This document shows positions 21,708-31,616 of a stretch of DNA of 64,000 nucleotides, one piece after another. The stretch is from NCBI GenBank assembly GCA_965225945.1, contig CBDDBZ010000036.1, positions 32,001 through 96,000 of the forward strand, in the 5' to 3' direction. Position 1 is the first letter of the stretch; every line of letters starts with the position of its first letter. Below the pieces are notes generated by a model. It made no database searches. It was not told the DNA's origin and worked only from the letters and a program-made list of their open reading frames with translations. The stretch comes from Alphaproteobacteria bacterium (GTDB taxonomy: Bacteria; Pseudomonadota; Alphaproteobacteria; GCA-2731375). The position numbers and the translations under genes are program-made.

Positions 21708-21903
21708 ACTTTACAAGAAGGTGCTGGCCAAGAGAGCCGCGAAGCGTTAGGCCGTCCCAAACGCTCTCTCCGTCGGCAACCCCCAAATGCGCTCCTCGGC
21801 GCGACCGACCGACACGCCCGGCCGCGGCGCAAGGACACCGCCGAGGCAATCGTCGATCCGGCGGCGCGAATGGCAAGTTGCGGTGACAGAAATTACGGTG
21901 ACA

Positions 21904-22064
21904 GTGATCGAGCCGCCCTTGGAGATGCGGGGCGAGGGCGGGCGCGAGGCCCGCTTCGCCGCCGTGGCGCGCGCCTTCACGCAGGCCTGGAGCCGCACGC
22001 CTTGGCCCATCGCGAGCAGTACCGGTTCTGGCGCGAGGAGATCGATCACGCCGACGAAGTTTGA
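21904..22064 (+). repeat. Degenerate duplicate of the acyltransferase 3' end (20776-20937)
   Basis: Colinear match gtgatcgagccgcccttggag...gagatcgatcacgccga with substitutions and a small deletion. Confidence 0.9.
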
Positions 22065-22178
22065 GCGCCGTTCCCCATATTGCCGTGTGCATAAAAACAT
22101 ATAAGCTATGTTTTTTGCAATATGAGTTTGATCATACTTTCATCATACGATATGGTGGCGAGGTAAGGAGGTGTCGCC

Positions 22179-23882
22179 ATGACGATGACCCGCAAGACCA
22201 TCACCATTCCCGAAGCCATGGAAGACTGGGTCAAGGCTCAGATCAGCGACGGGCGCTATGCTAGCGACAGCGAGTATTTCCGTGACTTGATCCTGTATCG
22301 CACCCGGTTCCTTGGACACAAGTTTGTCTCATGCGGCGGGCCTGAGTGACATCGCGGTGTGCCACGCCTGACGAGCTTGAGCGGGGCTCAGGTAGCCGTT
22401 CTTCTCCACGATCCACTGGGCATTGTACTGTTCGACGAACCCGCGGACGGCGTTCCGCAGCTCCGCGATGTTGCGGTAGATGCGGCCATGGATGATCTGT
22501 TCCTTGAGCGTGCGATTGAACCTCTCGGCGACGCCGTTGGTCTGGGGCTGTTCGACGAAGGCGTAGGACGGCTGGATGCCCCAGAACTTGATCTGGTTGG
22601 TGAAGTGGTCCGACAGATACTGGGAGCCGTGATCCATCCGCAAGGCCAGCCCCCGCGCCGCACCGGCGGAGGTCGAGGCATACAGCCTCGCAAGCCCCAT
22701 GGAGATCGGCTGAAGGGCGGCGAAGCGGTCGCCTCGCTTGCACACATGCCAGCCGACGCACTCGGCGTTCCAATGCTCGATGGCGGTGAATATCCAGCCC
22801 CAGCCGTCGTCCACCGTGAACACCCGAACGCCGTCCGTGCCCCACATGAGGTTGGGGGCATGGGTGATGATCTCACCGACATGGGGATTTCCGCCACGGC
22901 GGCGGCAGCGATGGGGCGAGAGCAGGTTGTTCTCGCGCATCACCCGGAGCACCCGCTTGCGGGAAACACGGATGCCACGACAGACCCGAAGCCGAGCCCA
23001 GACCTTGCGGTGTCCCTCGCCCTCCCAGGGGGATGCCTCCAGGTCGGCCTCGATGGCCACCAGCAGAGCCTCGTCCGAGATCGAGGGCTTCGGTCCCCGG
23101 CGCTTTGCTGGTGGGCGCTCAGCGGTGGCCTGCTGCCGGGATTTCATGGCGTAGAACGAGGAACGGGCAAAACCCCAGGCCGCACAGACCCGCTGGAGGC
23201 CGTAGGCCAAACCCGTGCCGGGAGAGGTGGCGGCACTCATCGCCGCGACCTCCGCCGCCCCAAAGGGCCGGACGTCTCCGTCTTGGCCTCCAGCAGTTCC
23301 ACCTGCATGATCAACTCCCCGATCCGCTTCATGGCGATGTCCAGTTCCGCCTTTACCGGATCGCCCTTGCGTTCCTTGAGCGAGGCATCGATCCCGGCGA
23401 TCGCCTTCTCACGCCACTGCTCGAGCCGGAAAATCTCCACGCCCAACTGCCGCGACAAAAGTTCCACCGGCTCGCCACGCAAAAGCCGCAGGGCAACCTC
23501 ACGCTTGCGCGTCACCGTCCACCGCTGGCCAAGTCCCAGCGGGCCTGCCGGCGAAACCTGGCCCGGGGAAAACGTGGACGAGCCAAGCTCGCCCTCGTTT
23601 ACCACAGGCCCATCAACAGCAACTTTGTTCTCAAAATTGTCGGTCATGTTCCGGTCCTCCTTGGACACTTCGATTAAACCAATTCTGTGTCCAAGGAAAT
23701 CGGGTCCGACTCACCGAGACTTGATCCGACGTGATCAGGAGCGCCGCCAGAACGAAATGAAGCTTCGCCAGCTGCTCGATAATGCCGAGGAGAGTGGTTT
23801 TAGTGACCGTACCGTGCAGGACATTATGGCGGCGGTCGAAGAAAATATGAGGGAAGCTGGCCGGGTACCGCCTAACATCTAA
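22179..23882 (+). pseudogene. parD: ParD-type (ribbon-helix-helix) antitoxin split by an IS3-like element
   Basis: MTMTRKTITIPEAMEDWVKAQISDGRYASDSEYFRDLI [IS] RRDQERR...LDNAEESG. Confidence 0.85.
22294..23713 (-). mobile_element. IS3-like element, 1420 bp, copy 1 (orfA 23237-23668, orfB 22329-23240)
   Basis: TG...CA imperfect IRs, rve DDE motifs (WGTDG, MDHGSQY, AERFNRTLKE); 14-bp flanking repeat with 1 mismatch. Confidence 0.92.
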
Positions 23883-24147
23883 AGCCGATGCGGACCTTTC
23901 CGAAATTTAGGAATACTCGATCGAGAAATTTGGCTTGGCGAAGGCGCAAGACTATTTGCTCGGTATCCTTGGAGCATTCGAGATTCTGTCCGACAACCGC
24001 CGCTTGGGGCGGGATATAGGACATATCAAGGAAGGGTATCGCCGTTACGAATATGCGAGCCATTCCATCTATTACTATTTGGCTACCGATGACATTGAGA
24101 TTGCGCGTGTCCTGCACGCAAGCCGCGATCCACTGAGACATATGTAA
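23857..24147 (+). pseudogene. parE: ParE-family toxin with in-frame TAG at 23908-23910
   Basis: YRLTSKADADLSEI*EYSIEKFG...HSIYY...IARVLH. Confidence 0.85.
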
Positions 24148-24150
24148 CCG

Positions 24151-24249
24151 ATTTACGATGACAATACACTTAATCCTGGCAGTTTCACCACGGACTGAGA
24201 CCAAAGCAGAAGACCGCCGATCGAGATTAAGTGCACTGTCACCGTAATT
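24151..24249. repeat. REPIN-like inverted doublet
   Basis: atttacgatgacaatacacttaatc (24151-24175) vs reverse complement of 24225-24249 aattacggtgacagtgcacttaatc, 21/25 matches. Confidence 0.8.
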
Positions 24250-24611
24250 GCCACTGGCCCGCCAGGATCGACAGCAGAACCGTGCCGAGCACGTCGCGCT
24301 TCGCGGGCGCGTTGGGGCTCGTCTAATGAAGCGGGCTGTTCGCGACGAGGGCATCGAAGCGTCTGCTCGCCTTCAGGTATTCGGCGAAAAACGCCAGGTG
24401 ACCGAGCGGCGTCACCGCCGCGTCCGGATCCCATTCCACGTGAACCGGACCGGCATAAGTGTCCAAGCTCACCGGCTCCAGGGGAACCTCCCGCTCAACG
24501 CTGGGTAGATCACCCGTCGGGTGCCCCTCGAGAGGCTGTCTCGATTCGGCCATCGCCACATTCTACAAGGACTTCCCAACAGCGCCGACAATCCCAACCG
24601 CCGTTTTTAGG
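24250..24611 (-). mobile_element. IS1380-like transposase 5' remnant with internal TAG
   Basis: DTYAGPVHVEWDPDAAVTPLG...PLH*TSPNAPAKRDVLGTVLLSILAG; truncated at the REP-like motif. Confidence 0.6.
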
Positions 24612-24970
24612 TTGATGATTTCGAGGGTCCCTTTGCCGATCTCCTCAAGTGCGCCTCGCGGTTTCTCCCCCGCGTCGGCGCCGTCGGTGATGATATGACG
24701 CTTGCGCCCGTTGATCAACTTGGCCGCGTCAAGCCCGTGCGGACCGCCGCTTTCCGTGGTTTTCACCGACTGAGAGTCGATCACGCCGGCCGAGGGCGTG
24801 GCCTCGCGGCCGGCCGCCAGACGCTCCGTCATGACCAGGTGATGGTTGATGCGAGCCCATAGACCCTCGTCGCGCCAGCGGTAGAAATACCCCTGAACCG
24901 TCGAGTAGGGCGGGAAGCACTTGGCCAGCATCCGCCACTGGCAACCGGTCTCGGCGATGTAGAGAATTCC

Positions 24971-27618
24971 CATGGTACACGACGGCATTTACGTAGGACG
25001 TTGAAAAGGTTGTAGGATTCCCGATTCACTCCACGACGAGTCAAGAGGGAAATCATGCGAGACAACCCGATCAACGCCCTGCGTGAGACGCTACGATGCG
25101 GCTTCGCCTTTCGCAAGAGCCGTCTGGAGAGCCTTTGCGTCTTGGTCTTCGGCGTGTTCGTCGCCCGGACGGTGAACCTCTCTCACTTGGCCTGCCATTT
25201 TCCGGGGCGCGCGCGATCCAGCTCCAACTATCGGCGCCTGCAACGGTTTTTCGAGCAAGTCGATTTCGATTACGATCGCCTCGCCGAGTTCCTGGTCGCG
25301 ATGATGGGGCTCCAGGCGGGGCCGTGGCGGCTGACCATGGACCGGACCAACTGGCGGCTGGGTCGCCGCGACGTCAACATCTTGATGATCGGCATCGTCA
25401 ACCGCGCCATCGCCATTCCCGTGTGCTGGCGGGTGCTCGACAAGGCGGGCAATTCCAATACCAAGGAGCGGATCGCGATCCTCGAACACGTCCTCCGGCT
25501 CTTCGGGGTCGACAAGATCGCCAGCCTCCTGGCCGACCGGGAATTCATCGGCGACGCCTGGCTGGCATGGTTGCAGGAAAAGGCCATCCCCTTTCACATC
25601 CGCATCCGATCCAACATCAAGATCGCCAACACGCGTGGTCGCATGGTCAAGGCGAGGGAGCTGTTTCGCGACCTCAAACCCGGGGAAAGCTGCATCCTCT
25701 CCAACGCCAGGCGCCTCTCGGAGGCCAGAAAACCCAAGGCCAGGCCCGTCTTCGTCGCCGCGCTCCATCTCAAGACCGGCGAACTGTTGATCGTCGTGAC
25801 CAACGACGCGCCCGAGGAGGCCTTGGCCATCTACGCCCAGCGCTGGCAAATCGAGACCCTCTTCGCCGCCTTGAAAACCCGTGGCTTCAACCTCGAAGAC
25901 GGTGAAGTCCTAGACTTGCTGGGAATTTGGTAGGAGGTGCATCCTTCGAGGTGTCGATTCCCACCCGGGCATGGCTGCGCGCCAGCCCAGCACAGGAGGC
26001 ACCTCCATGACGAAGAGACTACCCGGAAGCGAGCGCACGCGTGAAGCCTAGAACGACCTGATCGAAGGGCGCGCCCGCGTGGTCGACGCGAAGAGTGAAT
26101 TGGTGCGGTTGGCGACGCGGTTAATCATCGAGGAAGGCTTGGAGGCCGAGGTGCGCGACGCCCTGGGCCGGGACTATTACGAGCACGGTTCCGAGCCTGG
26201 CCGAGGTTACCGGAACGGTTCGCGCGAAGGTCATCTGAAGACGGCCGAGGGGCGGATCAGGTATGCGGCGCCGCAGGTCGCCGGGACGGACGAACCGTTC
26301 CGTTCGGATCTGCGAGCGCAGCTGAAGGGTCATTCCGAGGGCCTGGAGGATTTAGCCGTGGAGATGCTGGCGCGCGGTCTCTCGGTGCGCGACATCGAAG
26401 ATGCCTTCAGGGAAGAAAGTGGGCGCTTGCTGCTGTCGCGCACGGCGGTCTCGGAGATGGGGGAGCGGCTCTGGGCGGACTACCTCGGCTTCGCCAAGCG
26501 CGACCTTAGCGAGTTCGAGATCGCCTACCTCTTCGTCGACGGCATCGCCGAGCGGCTGCGGGCCGGGCAGAGGCGAGAGCCGGTGCTGGCGGCCTGGGGC
26601 TTCACGCTCGAGGGCAAGAAGGTTCTCCTGCATCTGATGGCGGGCTCGAAGGAGGACAACGAGACCGTCTCCGCGTTCTTCCAGGACATGCGCAGCCGAG
26701 GCCTGGGCGATCCTCTCCTGATCGCCTCCGACGGCGCGCCTGGCATTATCAAGGCGATCGAGATTTGTTTTCCCAGGAGCGCGCGCCAACGCTGCCTCGC
26801 GCACCGGATGAGGAACTTGGCGGCGAAGGTGCCCGAGGATCTCTGGCCGGAGTTCAAGGCCCGCGCCCAAGCGGCCTACCAGGCCCCCTCGCGCGCCATC
26901 GCCCGCGATCTGGCCGAGGGCGTGGTGCGTGACTGGGAGCGCGAGCTGCCCTCGGCGGTGGCCTGTTTCCTGGATGATTTCGAGGCCTGCATCGCGCACC
27001 TGCGCATGCCGGTCAATCACCGCCGGGCGATCCGCACCACCAACCTGCTGGAGAGATTGTTCGGGGAGGAGCGCCGGCGCTTGAAGATCATCCCCAACGC
27101 CTTCGGCGAAAAGGCGGTACTGAAGCTCATGTTCGGTGCCATGAGCCGCGCCGCCGAGCGATGGAAAGCAGTCAAGGTCACCGTCTTCGAGCGGCGCCAG
27201 ATGGACGCCGTCAGGAAGGAACTCGATCAGGAATACCAAGCCCAGCTGGAACTACCAGAACAGGCCTCGACGGAGGCAACCCCGGAGAAAATTCCCAGCA
27301 GAATCCGGACTTGACCCTCGAAGACACCCACATGACCGACCCGGAGCGCATCTCCAAGCTCACCGCCGTCCTTTCCATCACCTTCTGCTGGGCGCACAAA
27401 GTCGGCGATTGGCTCCACGAGGCCGAGCCGATCCGCCTCAAAACCCACAAAAGGATGGCAAAATCCATCTTCCGATACGGTTTCGAGTGGATAAGGCGAC
27501 AGCTCGTCAATCCTATCGACAGGCGTCAAGCCATTGAGCTGATTCGTTTCCTCGTCCCCGGAAAACCACCAGTCCAGGTGCCCAGGCCAAAGCCAGCATG
27601 AACGAGTCGTGTACTGTG
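24971..27618 (+). mobile_element. IS4-family (ISAba1/IS10-like) element, transposase 25055-27601 split by IS256
   Basis: GTACACGAC terminal IRs; 9-bp flanks gagaattcc/gagaattgc; MDRTNW, LLADREF, YAQRWQIE, GFNLED|TH. Confidence 0.88.
25901..27316 (+). mobile_element. IS256-family element; transposase 26007-27314 has a TAG at 26049
   Basis: GGT(G/C)AAGTCC...GCTGGGAATTT IRs, perfect 9-bp TSD CTCGAAGAC; YLFVDG, SDGAPG, QRCLAH, TTNLLE. Confidence 0.93.
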
Positions 27619-27805
27619 GAGAATTGCATTCACCACCTCGCGCAAATCCGTCGTTCGGGGATGGCCGAGCCGTTTCGGCGCGGGCAGCAGCGATCCGATC
27701 ACCGCCCACTCCCCGTCCGTCATGTCGCTTGCATACCGGCCACCGTCGCGCGCAGACTTCTTGCGAATGGTCTTGGTCCACATCTTGTGTCTCCCTTGCT
27801 GATTC

Positions 27806-28560
27806 CTTGCCTATCCGGTTATCACCCACACCCACTATATGTAGTGTGTCTCCTTGGACTGCAGGCAAGGGCCGGCGCAGGCGCATTGAGGAGGCGATCC
27901 GGCTAATTCTTGATTGTTCTGAAAACCGAACCGGAGTTTAATTCACGTCACGTACTTAACATCGGGGGACGGAACGGTGGCGACCAAGGGAAAAACGAAG
28001 AAACCCACGGCCAGACGGGAAGCTGCTGATGAAACGACATCGTCTGAGCGATTGACGGCACTAGTCGAAGAAAGCGACGCGCTGGCACGAATCGTTGCGA
28101 AGAACCCGTCCGCGCCTGTTAGTCTCCTGCGCGTTTTGAGTCGCAGCGAAGACGAAGCGACACGCAAGAACGTGATCCTCAATCCGTTTACTTCATATGA
28201 CGTATTGAGCGAACTTGAAAACCAGTTCACAGAGCTATTTGTGAATAATCCGGCACTCGAATCCTACAATTCAATGAAGCTCTGATTTCCTGGAATATTC
28301 CATCGGTGTCGTTCACCTCCGATTTCAGATAAATTTCAATGAAGTGACGGTCCTTTATGCAACGTGGCGTTTTGCCAAATCCGACTCAATGATTAGGATT
28401 TCCACCACGCTAAAGTGTCGCCTAAAAGGCGCTACAATGCCGTCCGAGTCCCTGCTCGGCATCGCCGGAGATATCTCCGCTTCGACCTGCACCGAGCTTT
28501 ACTCAGGAAAATGGGTGCACACTACATATAGTGGGTGTGGGTGATAACCGGATAGGCAAG
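27806..28560. mobile_element. Non-autonomous IS1595-type (ISSod11-like ends) cassette with passenger ORF
   Basis: Perfect 43-bp TIRs cttgcctatccggttatcacccacacccactatatgtagtgtg; 8-bp TSD GCTGATTC; no transposase. Confidence 0.88.
27977..28285 (+). CDS. Passenger ORF with leucine-rich-variant/HEAT-like repeats (possibly truncated)
   Basis: Repeated A.NP..P..LL..L pattern; AT-richer than host. Confidence 0.5.
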   Translation: MATKGKTKKPTARREAADETTSSERLTALVEESDALARIVAKNPSAPVSLLRVLSRSEDEATRKNVILNPFTSYDVLSELENQFTELFVNNPALESYNSMKL

Positions 28561-28626
28561 GCTGATTCATCACAACAAGGAAACCACAAGTGACTGATTC
28601 CACTCAACCCTTTTTCAGTCAGGCTC

Positions 28627-28675
28627 TAAGGCGGAGCAAAACCGATCAGGAGGGCGAGGGGCGAAAGGTCAGGCT
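28627..28675 (+). pseudogene. Tiny tyrosine recombinase fragment
   Basis: RRSKTDQEGEG, typical of the catalytic Lys region of Cre-like integrases; bounded by IS ends on both sides. Confidence 0.55.
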
Positions 28676-30088
28676 TGGAGTGCACCCCCTGGATGACACA
28701 AAGAATCAGGGACAGTTGGTTGTCATTTCCAGCGCCCGCCGGGCGGCGGTCTCTGGGGTGATGATGGTGTTTTCGAACTCCTCTGGTGATAGGTATCGAA
28801 GCGCCGAGTGGAGGCGCGTCTTGTTGTAGACCTCTTTGATGAAGCTGGCGATGTCGCTCTCGGCGTGGGCGATGTCCCGGTAGGGCCTGCCCTCAACCTC
28901 CTCTGTCTTCAAGGTCTTCATGAAGCTCTCCGCCATGGCGTTGTCGTAAGGGCAGGCGATCCGGCTCATCGAGGGCAGGATGCCATGGGCCTCCAGGCGG
29001 GCGATGTAGTCGCCGGAGGCATATTGAACGCCGCGATCGGAGTGATGCACCAGGCCATCGGGGATCACCTCGCGCTCCAGAAGCGCCATATCCAAGGCCG
29101 CCAGCGTCAGGCTCGCCTTCAGATGATCGGCCAAGGCCCAGCCGATGACGCGCCGGCTGTGCGCATCGAGCACGACCGCCAGATAGGCGAAGCCCTCCAG
29201 CAAGCGAACATAGGTGATGTCGGCGACCCAGAGCTGGTTGGGGGCCGTCGTCTCCAACCGGCGCGCCAGGCTGGGATAGATCCGATAGCTATGCTTCGAG
29301 TCCGTGGTCGCCGGCGCGAAGCTCCGTCGACGCAGGCATAGCAGATTGTCCTCGCGCATCAAACGCAGCACCCGCTTGTGGTTGACGCTCCAGCCCTCGC
29401 GCCGCAACAGCGCCCCGATCCGCCGATAGCCGTAATGTTTGTTGTCGATCGCCCAAGCGCTGGAGCTTATCGCGTAACGCCGTTTCCTCAGCCCTCGGCC
29501 TCGATGCCCGCCAATGGCGGTGAAAGCTCGATCGGCTCAGCCCCATCAGATCGCACATCCGTCCCATGCTCAATCCGCCTTGCCGCCGCGACCCGGCCCG
29601 GACGAGGCCGAAGACGCGCTCCCGCCAGAGCGACCGTTCGCTCCGCGGCAGCTCTCCGAGAGCCGCAAGGCTTGCCTGAAAAAATCCGCTTCCAAGGCCT
29701 GCTGGCCGACCTTCCGCTCCAGCTCGGCGATCCGCCGGCGCGCCAGGCTCAGGGCATCCGGCCGGACCGCCGGAACAGCACTTTCGGACCCGGCGCGGAG
29801 GCCTTGCGCCCGCCTCCCTCCGACGACCGTGCTTCCCTTTCTGGGCCGGCCGGGCGGGCGCAAGGCCTCCGCGCCGCCCGCTCGGTAGGCATCGCGCCAC
29901 TCGTAGAGCAGCTTGCGCCGGACCTCGAGCTCGCGTGACAGCGCCGAGACGTTCTCGCCCGACTCCATCCGCGCCAGCGCCGACAGCTTGAAGTCTCGGC
30001 TGAAACGCCGTGCACCTTTTCGTTCCATCAGTTCCTCCTCGGAAGAACTGTCACTCATTTCTCTGTGTCAGGACAGGGGTGCGGTCCA
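28676..30088 (-). mobile_element. IS3-family element, copy A (orfB frameshifted near 29453)
   Basis: TGGA...TCCA IRs; WVADITY, HHSDRGVQY, DNAMAESF; near-identical to 51238-52664; no TSD. Confidence 0.92.
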
Positions 30089-30451
30089 GTTTACCATTTT
30101 CTCGATGTTTCGGGGCGATACTTCGAAGCGACGACACAGCCTGGCGTGGTGGGCAACGCGCCTTGTCCCCGAGCCCCACCGCCTGCCCACTCTCGACGGA
30201 TGCTCGGCCTCCGCGCCCCGGCCCGCCGCCGCCAGCAGCGCTCGGCGGTGGGAGGAGGGGAAGGCGGCCGATTTCCCTGGCGAACCCGCCCGCGTCCGGC
30301 CCGCGCCCCGGCCCGCGCGCCCGATCCGCGCGCCGCCCGCGCTGGGCGCCGGGCTGGACAAGCGGGCGGTGCTGGTCCAAATATCGCCCGGCGCCCGCGC
30401 TGGCGCCGGCGATGGCGCCAACCCCGGCGCACCACCAGAGGGGGCGGAACC

Positions 30452-30985
30452 TTGGCACAGCGGCGTATCGGTCTCTATCCGGGGACCTTCGATCCGATCA
30501 CCCTCGGCCATATCGACATCATCCACCGCGCCACCCGGCTGGTCGATCACCTGGTGATCGGGGTCGCGATCAACCGCGACAAGGGGCCGCTGTTCGCGCT
30601 CGAGGATCGCATCGAGATGGTCGAGGCCGAAATTGCCCGGATGGGCGACCTGCACGGCGCCACGCTCGAGGTCCGACCGTTCGAGAACCTGTTGATGCAC
30701 TACGCCGAGGAGGTCGGCGCCGGCATCATCATCCGGGGCCTGCGCGCGGTCTCCGACTTCGACTACGAATTTCAGATGGTCGCCATGAACGACCGCCTGA
30801 ACCCGGAGATCGAGACCGTGTTCCTGATGGCGAGCGATCGCTACCAGTTCATCGCCTCGCGCCTGGTCAAGGAGATCGCGCGGCTCGACGGCAAGATCGA
30901 CCACTTCGTCTCGGCCCCGGTGGCGGCCCGCCTCTACCACGCCTTCGGCAAGGTGGTGGCCGCCGCTGGCGCCGCCGTCGACTGA
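30452..30985 (+). CDS. coaD: Pantetheine-phosphate adenylyltransferase
   Basis: YPGTFDPITLGH, IIRGLRAVSDFDYE; TTG start. Confidence 0.95.
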   Translation: MAQRRIGLYPGTFDPITLGHIDIIHRATRLVDHLVIGVAINRDKGPLFALEDRIEMVEAEIARMGDLHGATLEVRPFENLLMHYAEEVGAGIIIRGLRAVSDFDYEFQMVAMNDRLNPEIETVFLMASDRYQFIASRLVKEIARLDGKIDHFVSAPVAARLYHAFGKVVAAAGAAVD

Positions 30986-31020
30986 CCCCCCCCCCCAACC
31001 CGATGAGAGGCCCGACGAAC

Positions 31021-31566
31021 ATGCGCACTCTCTTCCTCGCTCTCTCGCTCTTGCTCTCGCTCGTCTCGCCGAAGGGAATGGCCATGGCCGCCGAAGCGGA
31101 AAACACCCTCTATCTCGAACTGAAGGACGGTCGCGTGGTGATCGAGCTGCGGCCCGATCTCGCGCCGGTTCACGTCGCGCGGATCAAAGAGCTGGCGCGC
31201 GAAGAGTTCTACGACGGGATCGTCTTCCACCGGGTGCTCGAGGGCTTCATGGCCCAGACCGGCGATCCGACCGGCACCGGCCGCGGCGGCTCGGGCCAGA
31301 AGCTGGAGGCCGAGTTCTCGCCCGAGGCCAAGCATCTGCGCGGCACCACCTCGATGGCGCGGGCGAGCAGCCCAAATAGCGCCGACAGCCAGTTCTTCAT
31401 CATGCTCGCGCCCGCGCCCCATCTCGACGGCCAGTACACCGTCTGGGGCCAGGTGGTCGACGGCATGGAACATGTCGACGCCATAAAGAAAGGCAGCGGC
31501 GGCGATGGCATCGTCTCGGATCCGGACAAGATCATCACGCTGAGGGTCGCCGCCGACGTCGAGTGA
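31021..31566 (+). CDS. Cyclophilin-type peptidyl-prolyl isomerase
   Basis: FYDGIVFHRV..FMAQTGDP, SADSQFFI; coaD-queA synteny. Confidence 0.93.
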   Translation: MRTLFLALSLLLSLVSPKGMAMAAEAENTLYLELKDGRVVIELRPDLAPVHVARIKELAREEFYDGIVFHRVLEGFMAQTGDPTGTGRGGSGQKLEAEFSPEAKHLRGTTSMARASSPNSADSQFFIMLAPAPHLDGQYTVWGQVVDGMEHVDAIKKGSGGDGIVSDPDKIITLRVAADVE

Positions 31567-31616
31567 GCGGGCGCCGCCCGCCCGGCCGGGGCCCTGGCCG
31601 GGGGAGGGGGATGGGG

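Larger units (their letters stand above)
24612..28626 (-). mobile_element. IS5-family (IS1031-like) remnant, interrupted by an IS4 element and an IS1595-type cassette
   Basis: N-part 27619-27783 (YASDMTDGEW...REVVNAIL) rejoins YIAETGCQWR...IDSQSVKT below 24970; GAGCC end at 28626 next to TAA. Confidence 0.8.

Noticed and set aside
20776-22064. Duplicated gene end as a diversity-generating retroelement TR/VR pair
   Set aside because: Differences are not adenine-specific, include an indel, and no reverse transcriptase is present.
23908-26051. Three in-frame TAG codons as amber recoding
   Set aside because: They appear to replace different expected residues, TAA and TGA lesions also occur, and TAG ends normal genes here.
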